64,000 bases of DNA, taken from NCBI GenBank assembly GCA_024711125.1, contig JANJTM010000034.1, positions 8,547-72,546 on the forward strand, in the 5' to 3' direction. A program made the translations under genes and the position numbers. Below the pieces are notes generated by a model. That model was given only the letters and a program-made list of their open reading frames with translations. It searched no databases and was not told the origin of the DNA. This stretch comes from Rhodothermales bacterium (GTDB lineage: Bacteria > Bacteroidota > Rhodothermia > Rhodothermales > UBA10348). Positions 20,156-30,392 of the stretch are shown in pieces (within the stretch, counting starts at the first letter, position 1; the number at the start of each line of letters is the position of its first letter).

Positions 20156-22089
20156 TGGCGCATTGTAGTTCCGTTATTGCACGGGGGCCACGGCTGAAAC
20201 CGTTGGGTTTCGGCGCCGTGAAGCCGCTCGGCTGGTTGCAGGAGCGCCTGGTCTTCGACCTGGAGGAAGGAATTCCCGGGCATCTGGAGCGCCTCGTGCC
20301 CGAAGTGATGACGAGCGACGACCTGTACGGGCGCGACCGCCGATCCGGGGCCACCCGCGACGCGGGCACGGACGTTTCGCCGTTCGCGGTCTCCTGGTGG
20401 AACAGCGAGTCGCAATCGAATCTGTGGGACGGCATCGTGCGGGCTGCCGTCCTGACGGGGCTCGGCGATGCGATGGAGCGCGCACGCCGCTGGGTCGACG
20501 GCAAACTCGCCACGCAGGACGAGGACGGCTACCTCGGCATCCACGCGCCCGATTTGCGGCATCGCCCGGACGAGGAGGACGGCGACCTGTGGGCAAAAAC
20601 CACGCTGCTGCGGGCGCTGCTGGCCTGGGCCGAAGGCACGGGCGACGGGCGGGCGCTCGCCGCCGCCCGGCGCGCCGTGGACCGCACGATGCGGGCGTGG
20701 CCCGCCGGGGCCTCGCACCCGTTCCGCGCGCCGGGGGTCGGGCACTCGCTGCTCTTCACCGACGTGCTCGAAACGCTCGAACGGCTGACCGGGGAGCGTG
20801 CGTACCTCGACTACGCGGCCTGGCTCGTCGCCGAGTTCGACCGGGACCGGGACGAGGATACCAGCCCGTCCCGGCTGCTCGACGCCCGTAGACCCTTCGA
20901 GGGTCACGGTGTGCACGCGTACGAGGGCCTGCGGCCCGTCGTCGCGGCGTACCGGGCCACCGGGGCGACCCGGTACGAACGGGCGGTGGCGGCGTGGGTG
21001 GCGAAAACCGAATACGCGACGGCGCCCAGCGGCGGCCCCTCGGGCGACGAATGGGTCGCCGGCCGCGCCGCCGACGCCGCCGACGTCGGGTACGAGGTCT
21101 GTTCGATACACGAGGCGCTCGATTCGTACCGCTCGCTGCTCGCGCTTACCGGGGATCCGGCGTTCGCCGACCGGATCGAGTGGCTGCTCTTCAATGCCGC
21201 GCAGGGCGCCCGGTACCCGGATGGGCGGTCGATCGCCTACTGCAAGACCGACGACTCGCTCTCGATGACGGGCCCGCTGCGGCCCGGTGGCGGAATCGGT
21301 GCGGGCATCGACCCGGCGCACGCCGGCGCGGGGCCCGAAACGGGCGCGCCCGTGCCCCCGCAGCGCCGGTTCAAGTACTCGCCCGTACACCAGGACGTGG
21401 CGGTGTGCTGCGCGCCGAACGCCGGGCGCATCCACCCCTATTTCGTCGAAGCGATGTGGCTGGGGCGCCCGGACGGGCTCCAGGCAGCGCTCTACGGCCC
21501 CTGCGCGGTCCGCGCTACGGTCGACGGTGTGGCCGTGACCATCCGGCAGGAAACCCGCTACCCGTTCGAGCCCGTCGTCCGCCTCCTCGTGGAGCCGTCG
21601 GCGCCGGTGGCCTTCACCCTGGGGCTGCGCCGCCCGTCGTGGGCCACCTGGATGCGGGTCGATGGCGTGCTCGTCGAGGGCCATCCGGAGCTCCGCCGCA
21701 CCTGGCGAGCGGGCGACCACGTGCGGATCGAGTTCGGGGCGGACGTGCGCCGCGTCCCGGCCGGGGAGGGTCGCGCCCATCTCGCGTGGGGCCCCTTGGC
21801 CTTCGCCCTGCCGCTCCGCGGCCGGTCGCGCGTCGTGCGGCGTTGGGACGACGGTTTCGTCGATCGGAAGGTCTTCCCGGCCGGCCCGGACGGCTCGTCC
21901 CTCGCCCTGCCCACGGACGCGGTCTTTACCCTGCGCCGCGGTCGATGGTCTCGACGCTCGCCGTGGCGCACGCTGCGCCTCGAGGGTGCCCTGCGCGACC
22001 TCGAAACCGGCGCGGACGTGCCGGTGCGGCTCGTTCCGCTCGGGGCGACCGTCCTGCGCCGGCTCACCTTCCGGACGACGAGGGGCTGA
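20155..22089 (+). CDS. GH127/GH146-like beta-L-arabinofuranosidase family glycosidase
   Basis: VKPLGWL start, GHGVH, SGDEW, YEVC, DRIEWLLFNAAQG, CCAPN, QETRYPF, WGPLAFALP; ATG overlaps upstream TGA; no signal peptide. Confidence 0.85.
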   Translation: MAHCSSVIARGPRLKPLGFGAVKPLGWLQERLVFDLEEGIPGHLERLVPEVMTSDDLYGRDRRSGATRDAGTDVSPFAVSWWNSESQSNLWDGIVRAAVLTGLGDAMERARRWVDGKLATQDEDGYLGIHAPDLRHRPDEEDGDLWAKTTLLRALLAWAEGTGDGRALAAARRAVDRTMRAWPAGASHPFRAPGVGHSLLFTDVLETLERLTGERAYLDYAAWLVAEFDRDRDEDTSPSRLLDARRPFEGHGVHAYEGLRPVVAAYRATGATRYERAVAAWVAKTEYATAPSGGPSGDEWVAGRAADAADVGYEVCSIHEALDSYRSLLALTGDPAFADRIEWLLFNAAQGARYPDGRSIAYCKTDDSLSMTGPLRPGGGIGAGIDPAHAGAGPETGAPVPPQRRFKYSPVHQDVAVCCAPNAGRIHPYFVEAMWLGRPDGLQAALYGPCAVRATVDGVAVTIRQETRYPFEPVVRLLVEPSAPVAFTLGLRRPSWATWMRVDGVLVEGHPELRRTWRAGDHVRIEFGADVRRVPAGEGRAHLAWGPLAFALPLRGRSRVVRRWDDGFVDRKVFPAGPDGSSLALPTDAVFTLRRGRWSRRSPWRTLRLEGALRDLETGADVPVRLVPLGATVLRRLTFRTTRG

Positions 22090-23659
22090 TCATCACCGCG
22101 TACCCCTTCGGCCCGAGCCCCCACGGGTCGTCGTTCGATGCCGACTGCACGTCGATAGCGCGGTAGCCGAGTATTCCGAGCGACCTCGGGTCGATCGAAA
22201 TCGTCGAGTCCGAGAGGTTGGCTACCACGACCGTACGGCCGCCGTCAGCCTCGCGGGCATACGCTAGCACTTGCTGTGACGGCCCCGGGAGCGTGACGAA
22301 CGAGCCCCGGCGCCATTCCGACCGCTCCTTGCGCCAGGCGATGAGGCGCCGGTACAGGTGCCAGGTCGACGACGAATCGGCCTGCGCGCGGTCCAGTGCG
22401 AGCGTGTCCGACAGCCCCGTCGTGTAGATCGAGTTCTTCCACCACGGCCCGTCGCCGCGATACCAGGTCGCGTTGGAATCGGCCGGCGCGGTCCACGGGA
22501 AGGCCTCGCGGATCGGGATGTCGTTGGCATCCGTGCCCCACGAGCCCTGCACGCCCGGGAGCCCGAGTTCCTGGCCGTAGTAGATCGACGGCAGGCCCGG
22601 CAGCGTCAGGAGCAGTACGGCCCCCATGCGCACGAGGCGGTCGTCCGAGGCCACTTCGCTGGCCCAACGGGAGGTGTCGTGGTTTTCGAGGAACGTCACC
22701 TGGGTCTTGCCGGCGGGCGTGCGTCGCAGGGTTTCGCTCACCACGCGGGCGAGGCGGGTGGCCGCGGAATCGGGCGCTGCGCCCGACAGCAGGTCGGTGA
22801 GCGTGAACCGTATGCCGAACGCGAACGCGGCGTCGGCCCCGGACCGCTCCATCATGTCCTCGCCGAAGGAGGCCCAGTCGGCCTGCTCGCCCACGACGAA
22901 CAGGCCCGGCCGCACGCCGCGGGCGCCGTCGAGGGCCGGTCGCCACAGGCGCGCGTAGAGGTCGGTGAACACGCCCCGGTTGTCGAGATCGTCCATGATA
23001 TGGTCGATCCGGTAGCCGTCGACGCCGTCCGAGAGGTCCCCGTCGCCGTTCGGATCGACCCACCGGGCGAAGTACCCGGCCGTCCAGGCGCGCACGGTGT
23101 CGGCGTTGAGGTCGAGGTGCACGATGGCGCCGCGTTGGTCCGGCCAGTAGGGAAGCGTCGGCTCGGCGGTGTCGATGCCGTAGAAGCCCAGCACGTTCTC
23201 GTGGGCGCTGTCGGTCCAGGCCACGAAATCGGCTGCGGGTGAGCCCGGGTTGCGCCACGCATCGTCGAGCCACGGGTGCCCGGTCGTCGCGTACTGGGTC
23301 TCCATGTCCATCAGGACCTTGAGCCCGGCGGCGTGGGCCGCGCGCACGAACGCCGCCCAGTCGTCCATCGTGCCGTACTCAGGGTCGATGGCCTCGTAGT
23401 CGGTCGGGAAGTAGTTGTGGTAGAACGGCGATTCCACGACCGGCAACAGCAGCAGGGTCGTGACCCCCAGCTCCTGCAGGTACGGAATCCGGTCGGAAAG
23501 GCCCCGCAGGTCGCCGTGCAGGTCCCCGTCCGAATCCTGGAAGCTGCGGACGAAGACGTGGTAGACGACCTCGTCGCGCCAGTCGGGCGGAGTGGGGGCC
23601 GGGGACGGTGCGCCGCACGCGGCGAGCGCGAAAACGAGCGGCAGGAAGAGCGTGCGCAT
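22064..23659 (-). CDS. GH13 alpha-amylase family lipoprotein
   Basis: Lipobox LAAC; YHVFVRSFQDSDGD..GDLRG, VDGYRID, VGE, FLENHD, GLPSIYYGQELG. Confidence 0.92.
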   Translation of the reverse strand: MRTLFLPLVFALAACGAPSPAPTPPDWRDEVVYHVFVRSFQDSDGDLHGDLRGLSDRIPYLQELGVTTLLLLPVVESPFYHNYFPTDYEAIDPEYGTMDDWAAFVRAAHAAGLKVLMDMETQYATTGHPWLDDAWRNPGSPAADFVAWTDSAHENVLGFYGIDTAEPTLPYWPDQRGAIVHLDLNADTVRAWTAGYFARWVDPNGDGDLSDGVDGYRIDHIMDDLDNRGVFTDLYARLWRPALDGARGVRPGLFVVGEQADWASFGEDMMERSGADAAFAFGIRFTLTDLLSGAAPDSAATRLARVVSETLRRTPAGKTQVTFLENHDTSRWASEVASDDRLVRMGAVLLLTLPGLPSIYYGQELGLPGVQGSWGTDANDIPIREAFPWTAPADSNATWYRGDGPWWKNSIYTTGLSDTLALDRAQADSSSTWHLYRRLIAWRKERSEWRRGSFVTLPGPSQQVLAYAREADGGRTVVVANLSDSTISIDPRSLGILGYRAIDVQSASNDDPWGLGPKGYAVMISPSSSGR

Positions 23660-23768
23660 GACAGGTTCGATGTCGCGGTATCCGATGGTACGAAGGGCAG
23701 GCGATGACCGCTGCCGGGTTCCGCCGGACAAGCACGGGACCGTGGTGCAACCGGTCCCGCGGGCCTCC

Positions 23769-24128
23769 CTAGGCCGAGAGGCCGAGGTCCGAGGCCGCCG
23801 CGGCGAGCCGTCGATCCCGGGTGAGCAGGCGGGCCGGGGCCGACAGCGCGGCGGAGGCGAGGAGGTGCACGTCGATCCATCCTATTCCCAAGCCGTAGAG
23901 TCGATGTGCCTCGAGGAAGCGGAAGGCCTCGGCTTCGGTCGCGACCACGGCCTGCGGAAGGCTATCGAGCAGATCAAGGACGGCGCGCCTGGCCATGACT
24001 CGACCGCAGGCGATTTCGCCCACGACCAACGGGTGCATGAGGACATCCCCGTTCTCGAGCAGCTTCTGAAGCCTGAAATCCCCTCGCGCGAGGAAATCGA
24101 TCCAGACGGAGGTGTCAACGAGGATCAT
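23769..24128 (-). CDS. vapC: VapC PIN-domain toxin
   Basis: MILVDTSVWIDF, HPLVVGEIACG, GIGWIDVHLLASA, LLTRDRRL. Confidence 0.93.
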   Translation of the reverse strand: MILVDTSVWIDFLARGDFRLQKLLENGDVLMHPLVVGEIACGRVMARRAVLDLLDSLPQAVVATEAEAFRFLEAHRLYGLGIGWIDVHLLASAALSAPARLLTRDRRLAAAASDLGLSA

Positions 24129-24321
24129 CCGTCGGCCCTCTTCGACGCGGCACGTACTCGAGTTGGGGCTCGGATGCGCCGAGGCGCGCGAGCCTACGAG
24201 CGCTCTCGCGCTGGACCAGTGCCCGCAGGGCTTCCCTGAGCAACTCGGTGCGGCCGGTGATTCCGCTGAGAATCTGCGCCTGCGCGAGCAGGTCGTCGTC
24301 CAGGATCACGGTCGTTCGCAT
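24115..24321 (-). CDS. vapB: VapB antitoxin
   Basis: MRTTVILDDDLL..A..LSGI..RTELLREALRALVQRESARRLARLG; overlaps vapC start. Confidence 0.9.
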   Translation of the reverse strand: MRTTVILDDDLLAQAQILSGITGRTELLREALRALVQRESARRLARLGASEPQLEYVPRRRGPTDDPR

Positions 24322-24498
24322 GGCGGATGGGCGCTGGAGCATGCGCATCAATTGTGTCATCATAGGATGTATAAGGATGGTGATTGTTCCACACTCCTAC
24401 AGAGGAGGATGGACGCTTTCGTGTAACGGACCTCGCGTCGGGCCGTGTTGCGAATCACGAAACGGACGTCGATCATGTCGAAAACCAGGGGGCTTCCT

Positions 24499-26670
24499 AT
24501 GCCAGGAGCCGTGTCAGACGCCCATCCGACCGTCCACCAGATCCTCCGTCGAGCCCTTCTGATGCTGGCCATTGCCGCGGCGGCGGCCGGGTGCGCCCGC
24601 GAGCGCCCCCACGGCATCGATCCGGCGGCCTACGCGACGTGGTCCGAGTACTACGGCGACCCCGGGCGCAGCCATTTCTCGACGCTGGCGCAGATCGACA
24701 CGTCCAACGTGGCTCGGCTCGCCGTCGCGTGGGAATACGCCAGCGGGGGCCTGCTCGACGGCGCCGGCACGCAGATCCAGCACAACCCGCTGGTCGTCGA
24801 TACGGTGCTCTACGGCGTCAACGCGAGCCTCGCGCTCTTCGCGGTGGACGCGCGCACCGGGCGCGCCCTCTGGACCGTCGAGCCGACCGGCCCCGCCCGC
24901 CACGGGCGGTCGCGTGGGCTCCTGCGCTGGGTCGCTCCCGACGGCGCGGCGTCTCGCATCTATTTCGCGGCCGGGTCCTTCCTGTACGCCGTCGATCCGG
25001 AGGTGGGGCGGCTCGATCCGGCGTTCGGCGATTCCGGCAGGGTGGACCTGCGCCAGGGCCTCGGTCGCGACCCGGAGCGACTGCTGGTTTCCATGAACAC
25101 CCCGGGGGCGGTGTTCGAGGATCGGCTCATCGTCGGTTCGGCGCTGGACGAGGGACCGGGCGCCGCCCCGGGGACCATCCGGGCCTATCATGCACGGACG
25201 GGCGAACTGCTCTGGTCCTTCCGCACGATCCCGCTGCCCGGCGAGCCGGGGCACGAAACGTGGCCGGCCGACGCGTGGACGTATACCGGCGGAGCCAACT
25301 CGTGGGCGGGCATGTCGCTCGACCCGTCGCGCGGCCTCGTGTTCGTTCCGACGGGATCGGCGGCGTTCGACTACTACGGCGGCGACCGGGCCGGGGACAA
25401 CCTGTATGCTAATTCGCTCCTCGCGCTCGACGCCCGCACGGGCCGGCTCGTGTGGCATCACCAGTTCGTCCGGCACGACATCTGGGACCGGGACCTTCCG
25501 GCCCCTCCGAACCTCGTCATGATCGAGCGGAACGGCCGCCGCATCCCCGCCGTCGCGCAGATCACCAAGGACGCGCACGTGTGGGTCTTCGACCGCGAAA
25601 CCGGCGAGCCGCTCTTTCCGATCGGGGAGTTCGTCGTGCCGCCGTCGACGCTGCTCGGGGAGCGGGCGGCGCCGAAACAGCGTTTTCCGACACTTCCCGA
25701 GCCGTTTTCGCGCCAGGTGCTGACGGCCGACGACCTCTACAGACCGGAATTCCCGGCGTACGACAGGCCGGACTCGCCGACGGTCGGCGAGCGGTTCGCG
25801 GGCATCACCTCGGCGGGACAGTTCGTTCCGCTCGACACGGCGGGGGTCGTGATCTTCCCCGGGCTCGATGGAGGCGGGGAGTGGGGCGGCGCGGCCGTCG
25901 ATCCGCAGCGCGGCCTGCTCTACGTGAACGCGAGCGAGATGGCGTGGGTCTTGCGGCTCGGTCGCATCGGCGCGGACGCCGATCCGGCGGCGACGCTCTT
26001 CGCCCTCTCGTGCGCGCGCTGCCACGGCGGCTCGTCACCGTTCTCGGCGGCGGCTCCGTCGCTCGCCGGGGTCGCGGAGCGGCTGTCATCCGACTCCATG
26101 GCATCGGTCATACGGTACGGGCGGAACGCCATGCCGGCCCACCCCGAACTGGGCGACGGCGAACTCGCGTCGCTGGTCGCCTTCGTGCGCGGCGACCCGG
26201 CCGTGGCCGACACGACCCGGCCGAAATCGGCCCGTCCGACGCTTCCGTACGGGATCACGGGGTTCGAGCGGTTCCTGGACGCGGCGTCCAAGCCGGTCGT
26301 GAAACCGCCGTGGGGCACGCTCACCTCGATCGACCTGAACACCGGCGAGCATCGCTGGCAGGTTCCGCTCGGGGACGACGACGACATCGACGACCCGCGG
26401 TGGCCGGTGACCGGCACCGAGAACTACGGGGGACCGGTCGTCACGGCCGGCGGGCTCGTGTTCATCGCGGCGACCCGCGACGAGAAGATCCGGGCGTTTC
26501 ACGAGCGTACGGGGGAGCTGCTCTGGGAAGCGCCGCTGCCGGCCGGCGGGTACGCGACGCCTGCCACCTACCAGGTCGACGGGCGCCAGTACGTGGTGAT
26601 CGCGTGCGGAGGCGGCAAGATGGGCACACCGTCCGGCGACCGGTACGTGGCGTTCGCGCTGCCGGAATAG
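24499..26670 (+). CDS. PQQ-dependent (glucose/quinate-type) dehydrogenase with internal cytochrome c domain, lipoprotein; start uncertain (24445-24562)
   Basis: HDIWDRDLPAPPNL, FPGLDGGGEWGG, CARCH heme motif, KPPWGTLTSIDL, GGPVVTAGGLVF, ATPATYQVDGRQYVVIACGGGK. Confidence 0.9.
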   Translation: MPGAVSDAHPTVHQILRRALLMLAIAAAAAGCARERPHGIDPAAYATWSEYYGDPGRSHFSTLAQIDTSNVARLAVAWEYASGGLLDGAGTQIQHNPLVVDTVLYGVNASLALFAVDARTGRALWTVEPTGPARHGRSRGLLRWVAPDGAASRIYFAAGSFLYAVDPEVGRLDPAFGDSGRVDLRQGLGRDPERLLVSMNTPGAVFEDRLIVGSALDEGPGAAPGTIRAYHARTGELLWSFRTIPLPGEPGHETWPADAWTYTGGANSWAGMSLDPSRGLVFVPTGSAAFDYYGGDRAGDNLYANSLLALDARTGRLVWHHQFVRHDIWDRDLPAPPNLVMIERNGRRIPAVAQITKDAHVWVFDRETGEPLFPIGEFVVPPSTLLGERAAPKQRFPTLPEPFSRQVLTADDLYRPEFPAYDRPDSPTVGERFAGITSAGQFVPLDTAGVVIFPGLDGGGEWGGAAVDPQRGLLYVNASEMAWVLRLGRIGADADPAATLFALSCARCHGGSSPFSAAAPSLAGVAERLSSDSMASVIRYGRNAMPAHPELGDGELASLVAFVRGDPAVADTTRPKSARPTLPYGITGFERFLDAASKPVVKPPWGTLTSIDLNTGEHRWQVPLGDDDDIDDPRWPVTGTENYGGPVVTAGGLVFIAATRDEKIRAFHERTGELLWEAPLPAGGYATPATYQVDGRQYVVIACGGGKMGTPSGDRYVAFALPE

Positions 26671-26765
26671 CCGGATGGGTCGCGAGCGGCGGGCGCGGTT
26701 TGCTATCGACGGATCGGGTGCGTTTCTTCGCCGCCCCTGCCTTCCCCCGATCGCCCTCGCCCAGC

Positions 26766-29432
26766 ATGACCGGCCTCCACCTCGCGCAATACCGCATCGA
26801 CGCCGAACTCGGTCGCGGCGGCATGGGCATCGTGTACCGCGCCACGGACACGAAGCTGAACCGGACGGTCGCGCTCAAGGTGCTGCCGGCGGCCGCGCTG
26901 GCGAGCGACGAGGACCGGGCTCGGTTTTTCCGCGAGGCGCAGGCGGCCGCGCAGCTCAACCACCCCAACGTCTGCCACGTCTACCAGGTGGACGAGGCGG
27001 TTCCGATCGACGCGGACGGATCCCCGGCTCCGGGACAGGACGGAAAGCGCCCCTTCATCGCGATGGAGTTCATCGAGGGGGAGACGCTCCAGGATCGTAT
27101 CCGCAAGGGGCCGTTGAAGTTGGCCGAGGCGGTGCGATACGCCGCGCAGGTCGCCGAAGCGCTCAAAGCCGCGCACGCCAAGAACATCGTGCACCGGGAC
27201 ATCAAGAGCGCCAACGTGATGCTGACGCCGGACGGTGTGGCCAAGGTGCTCGATTTCGGCCTCGCCAAGACGAACCAGTCGACCATGCTGACCCGGATGG
27301 GGTCGACGCTCGGAACGGTCGCCTACATGAGCCCCGAGCAGGCACGCGGCCAGGAGGTGGACGGTCGGAGCGACCTCTACAGCCTCGGCACCGTGATGTA
27401 CGAGATGATCGCGGGCCGCCTTCCCTTCGCCGCGGACTACGAGCAGGCCGTCGTCTACGGCATCCTGAACGAGTCGCCCGAGCCGCTGACCTCGCTGCGC
27501 ACCGGCGTCCCGGTGGGACTCGAGTGGATCGTGGACAAGCTGCTCGCCAAGGAACCGCGCCACCGGTACCAGACGGCGGCCGACCTCGTGGCCGACCTGG
27601 AGACGGTCGACCTGGGCGGAAGCGGGCTGTCGCGGCGCACGATGAAGGCGGCCGGCACGACGGTCTCGCCAACCGTCGGTGCTGTGCTCCCGAATGGGGG
27701 TGGGTCCCGGGCCTCGGTACCCAGGTGGGTCTGGGCAGCATGTGCTGCGACGCTCGTCGTCGGGACGATTGCCGGTGTCCTTTTCGGGGGGCGAGCGGGC
27801 GACCCGGCTCCCAGGCACCCCATGGTGGCGTCGATCCTGCTGACGGATCAGTCCCGTGTGAGCCACCCTTCGATCGCGCCCGACGCGCGGTATGTCGCGT
27901 TCACCACGAACGGTTCGACACTCCAACTCTACGATGCGGGATCGGGGGCCGTCCGGGAACTGGTGCGGAACACGTTCCCCCGGCTTTCGCGGTTCTCCCC
28001 CGACGGGCGCTGGCTCGTCTTCGAGGAGAATACCGGGTTGTCGATCGTCCAGATTCCCGATGGAGCGCCCGCACGTCTCACCGATGCCGGAGCGACGCCG
28101 TCGTGGATGGACGACGAGTGGATCGCCTTCAACCAGGGCGACGGCATCTACAGGGTCAGCCGGGTAAGCCAACGCGTGGAACCGCTGTGGGAGCCGGCCG
28201 AGACCGATACCTTTCGCCTGGATCACCCCTTCGTACTACCCGGCGCGCAGGAAGCCCTGGTATCGATCGTGGGCACTTCGGGTTCGTCGATCGGGTTGCT
28301 CGATCTGGGCGATGGGGACGTGCGGCTTCTCGCCCGGCAGGCGATCGCCCCGTCGTACGTCGCGTCGGGCCACCTGTTGTTCACCGAGCAGCCGGGGGCG
28401 GTCAACCACAACGGAAGGCTTTTCGCGCAGCCGTTCGATCCGGAGAGCGGCGAGACCCGGGGCCCGGCGGTGCCCGTGCTCTCGAACCGCGGATTCTGGG
28501 AAGTGGGGGTCAGCGACAACGGAGATCTCGTCACGAGCGCCGGGATCGCGGCCGGACTGACGAGCGCCCAGGACCAGTTGCGCTGGCTTGACCCGGAGAC
28601 CGGGGCCACCACGATGATCGACCGGGTGCTTCCGGACGTCGACGCCCTGGGTCTTTCACCGGATGGGGAAACCCTGTGGTACCGGACGGGACAGGACGGC
28701 CAGGTCTTCGTCGGGCCGCTGGATCCAAACGGGGGCTCGCCGCTCGAAATCGCACGGGGCGCATTCGGTGGCGCCCTTCTCAGCGCCGATTCCCTCTATT
28801 TCCACCGGGGCTCCATTTCGACCAGGCTCGAAACCTACGTCCGCAGCGTGGGCGGGTCCGAAGCCGAACGCCGCGTCTCGTTCCTGGGCAGGCCGTTCGA
28901 GGGAATCTGGGATCTCGCTGCCGACGGCAGGACCGCCGTGGTGCTATCGGGTGACACCTGGGAAGGGGACAGCGAAATGTTCCTGGTGACGCTCGACGAC
29001 CGCTCGAGGAGCCGGCTCCCGATCGAGCCCCGCGCAGAGAGCGTGGCGATCTCCCCCGACCGGCGGTGGCTGTCGTATCGCATCTCCACGGACGGCAGCC
29101 GGCACTTCATCGCGGGCACCGACGGTTCCGGACCTTGGGAGGTCGCATCGCAACTCCAGGGCTCCGTCTGGCTCAACGACAGCCGCTCGCTCCTGATGCG
29201 GGACGCGACGGGACTCTATGTCGTCGAACTAGCCACGGAGCGGGGCGTGCGTCCCACGGGACCTCCGAGACTGGTGTATTCGGGCACCTCCGAGATGTGG
29301 TACGTGGTAAATCGGGCGACCGGGCAAGTGCTCCTGGCCGATCGCGTTTCGGCCGATCGCGGCATGGAATCGCGGCTGGACCTGATCATCGCGTGGGGCG
29401 AACGGCTCAAGCAGGAGGCGCCGGTACGATGA
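26766..29432 (+). CDS. Ser/Thr protein kinase + TM + PD40 propeller (kinase 3)
   Basis: MTGLHLAQYRIDAELGRGGMG, HRDIKSAN, DFG, YMSPE, TM, FSPDGRWLVF. Confidence 0.95.
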   Translation: MTGLHLAQYRIDAELGRGGMGIVYRATDTKLNRTVALKVLPAAALASDEDRARFFREAQAAAQLNHPNVCHVYQVDEAVPIDADGSPAPGQDGKRPFIAMEFIEGETLQDRIRKGPLKLAEAVRYAAQVAEALKAAHAKNIVHRDIKSANVMLTPDGVAKVLDFGLAKTNQSTMLTRMGSTLGTVAYMSPEQARGQEVDGRSDLYSLGTVMYEMIAGRLPFAADYEQAVVYGILNESPEPLTSLRTGVPVGLEWIVDKLLAKEPRHRYQTAADLVADLETVDLGGSGLSRRTMKAAGTTVSPTVGAVLPNGGGSRASVPRWVWAACAATLVVGTIAGVLFGGRAGDPAPRHPMVASILLTDQSRVSHPSIAPDARYVAFTTNGSTLQLYDAGSGAVRELVRNTFPRLSRFSPDGRWLVFEENTGLSIVQIPDGAPARLTDAGATPSWMDDEWIAFNQGDGIYRVSRVSQRVEPLWEPAETDTFRLDHPFVLPGAQEALVSIVGTSGSSIGLLDLGDGDVRLLARQAIAPSYVASGHLLFTEQPGAVNHNGRLFAQPFDPESGETRGPAVPVLSNRGFWEVGVSDNGDLVTSAGIAAGLTSAQDQLRWLDPETGATTMIDRVLPDVDALGLSPDGETLWYRTGQDGQVFVGPLDPNGGSPLEIARGAFGGALLSADSLYFHRGSISTRLETYVRSVGGSEAERRVSFLGRPFEGIWDLAADGRTAVVLSGDTWEGDSEMFLVTLDDRSRSRLPIEPRAESVAISPDRRWLSYRISTDGSRHFIAGTDGSGPWEVASQLQGSVWLNDSRSLLMRDATGLYVVELATERGVRPTGPPRLVYSGTSEMWYVVNRATGQVLLADRVSADRGMESRLDLIIAWGERLKQEAPVR

Positions 29433-30328
29433 TGCGCCTGCTCCCGCTGCTGGTGCTCGTCGCCGCCTGCTCGCCGACACCGAAGCTGGCCGCGCCGCCG
29501 CCGGGGCCCCAGGCGCAATTCCCGTCGCCCATGGCCGAGCAGGTCCGGCGGCACGAGCGGGTTCCGGACGCCGTGCACCCCGGGCGCGTCGACACGATCC
29601 GTGCCGTTCTGCCGAAACCGGTCGAAGTGTTCGTGCCGGAGGCGCTTGGCGCCAGCGCCGAGGTCGACGTGCTTGTGCACTTCCACGGGGCGGGATACGT
29701 GGTGCGTCACGCTGCGGCCGAGCCGGGCAGGGAAGTGGTCGCGGTTGCGGTCCACCTGGGTGCCGGCTCCTCCGTCTACGAACGTCCGTTCAGCGGCACG
29801 AACGCGTTCGCCGCCCTCGTCGATTCGGTACAGGCGATCGTGGCGCCCTCGCGCATCCGCCGGATCGTCCTGTCGTCGTGGAGCGCGGGGTACGGCTCGG
29901 TGCGGGCGATCCTCCGGGCTCATCCGGGCGACATCGCCGGGGTGATCCTGCTCGACGGGCTGCACACCGACTATATGCCCGAGGGCACCCGGCTGGCCGA
30001 CGGCGGTGCGCTCAACGAGGCGAAGATGATTCCTTTCCGCGTCTTCGCCGAGCGGGCCGTTCGGGGCGAGACCCGGATGTTCGTCACGCATTCCGAGATC
30101 TTCCCGGGGACGTATGCCAGCACGACCGAAACGGCCGAATACCTCGCCTCGGCGCTCGGCCTGAAACGGTCTCCGGCCCTCGCCTGGGGGCCGGTGGGCA
30201 TGCAGGCGATCAGCGAGACGCGGGCCGGTCGCCTGGTGATCCTCGGTTTCGCCGGCAATTCGGCGCCCGACCACGTCGACCACCTGCACGCGCTGGGTCC
30301 GTTCCTGAATCTCCTCCTCGCGAATTGA
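29429..30328 (+). CDS. Lipoprotein, alpha/beta-hydrolase-like hypothetical protein
   Basis: Lipobox VAAC; VHFHG, LSSWSAGYG elbow-like motif, ILLDGLH, C-terminal DHVDH. Confidence 0.65.
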   Translation: MMRLLPLLVLVAACSPTPKLAAPPPGPQAQFPSPMAEQVRRHERVPDAVHPGRVDTIRAVLPKPVEVFVPEALGASAEVDVLVHFHGAGYVVRHAAAEPGREVVAVAVHLGAGSSVYERPFSGTNAFAALVDSVQAIVAPSRIRRIVLSSWSAGYGSVRAILRAHPGDIAGVILLDGLHTDYMPEGTRLADGGALNEAKMIPFRVFAERAVRGETRMFVTHSEIFPGTYASTTETAEYLASALGLKRSPALAWGPVGMQAISETRAGRLVILGFAGNSAPDHVDHLHALGPFLNLLLAN

Positions 30329-30392
30329 GCGCGCGGGTTGCCGGCCGTGCGGCGCTGGCGTTACTTGCGGCCTGAGCAACCAGACCCCTCCC

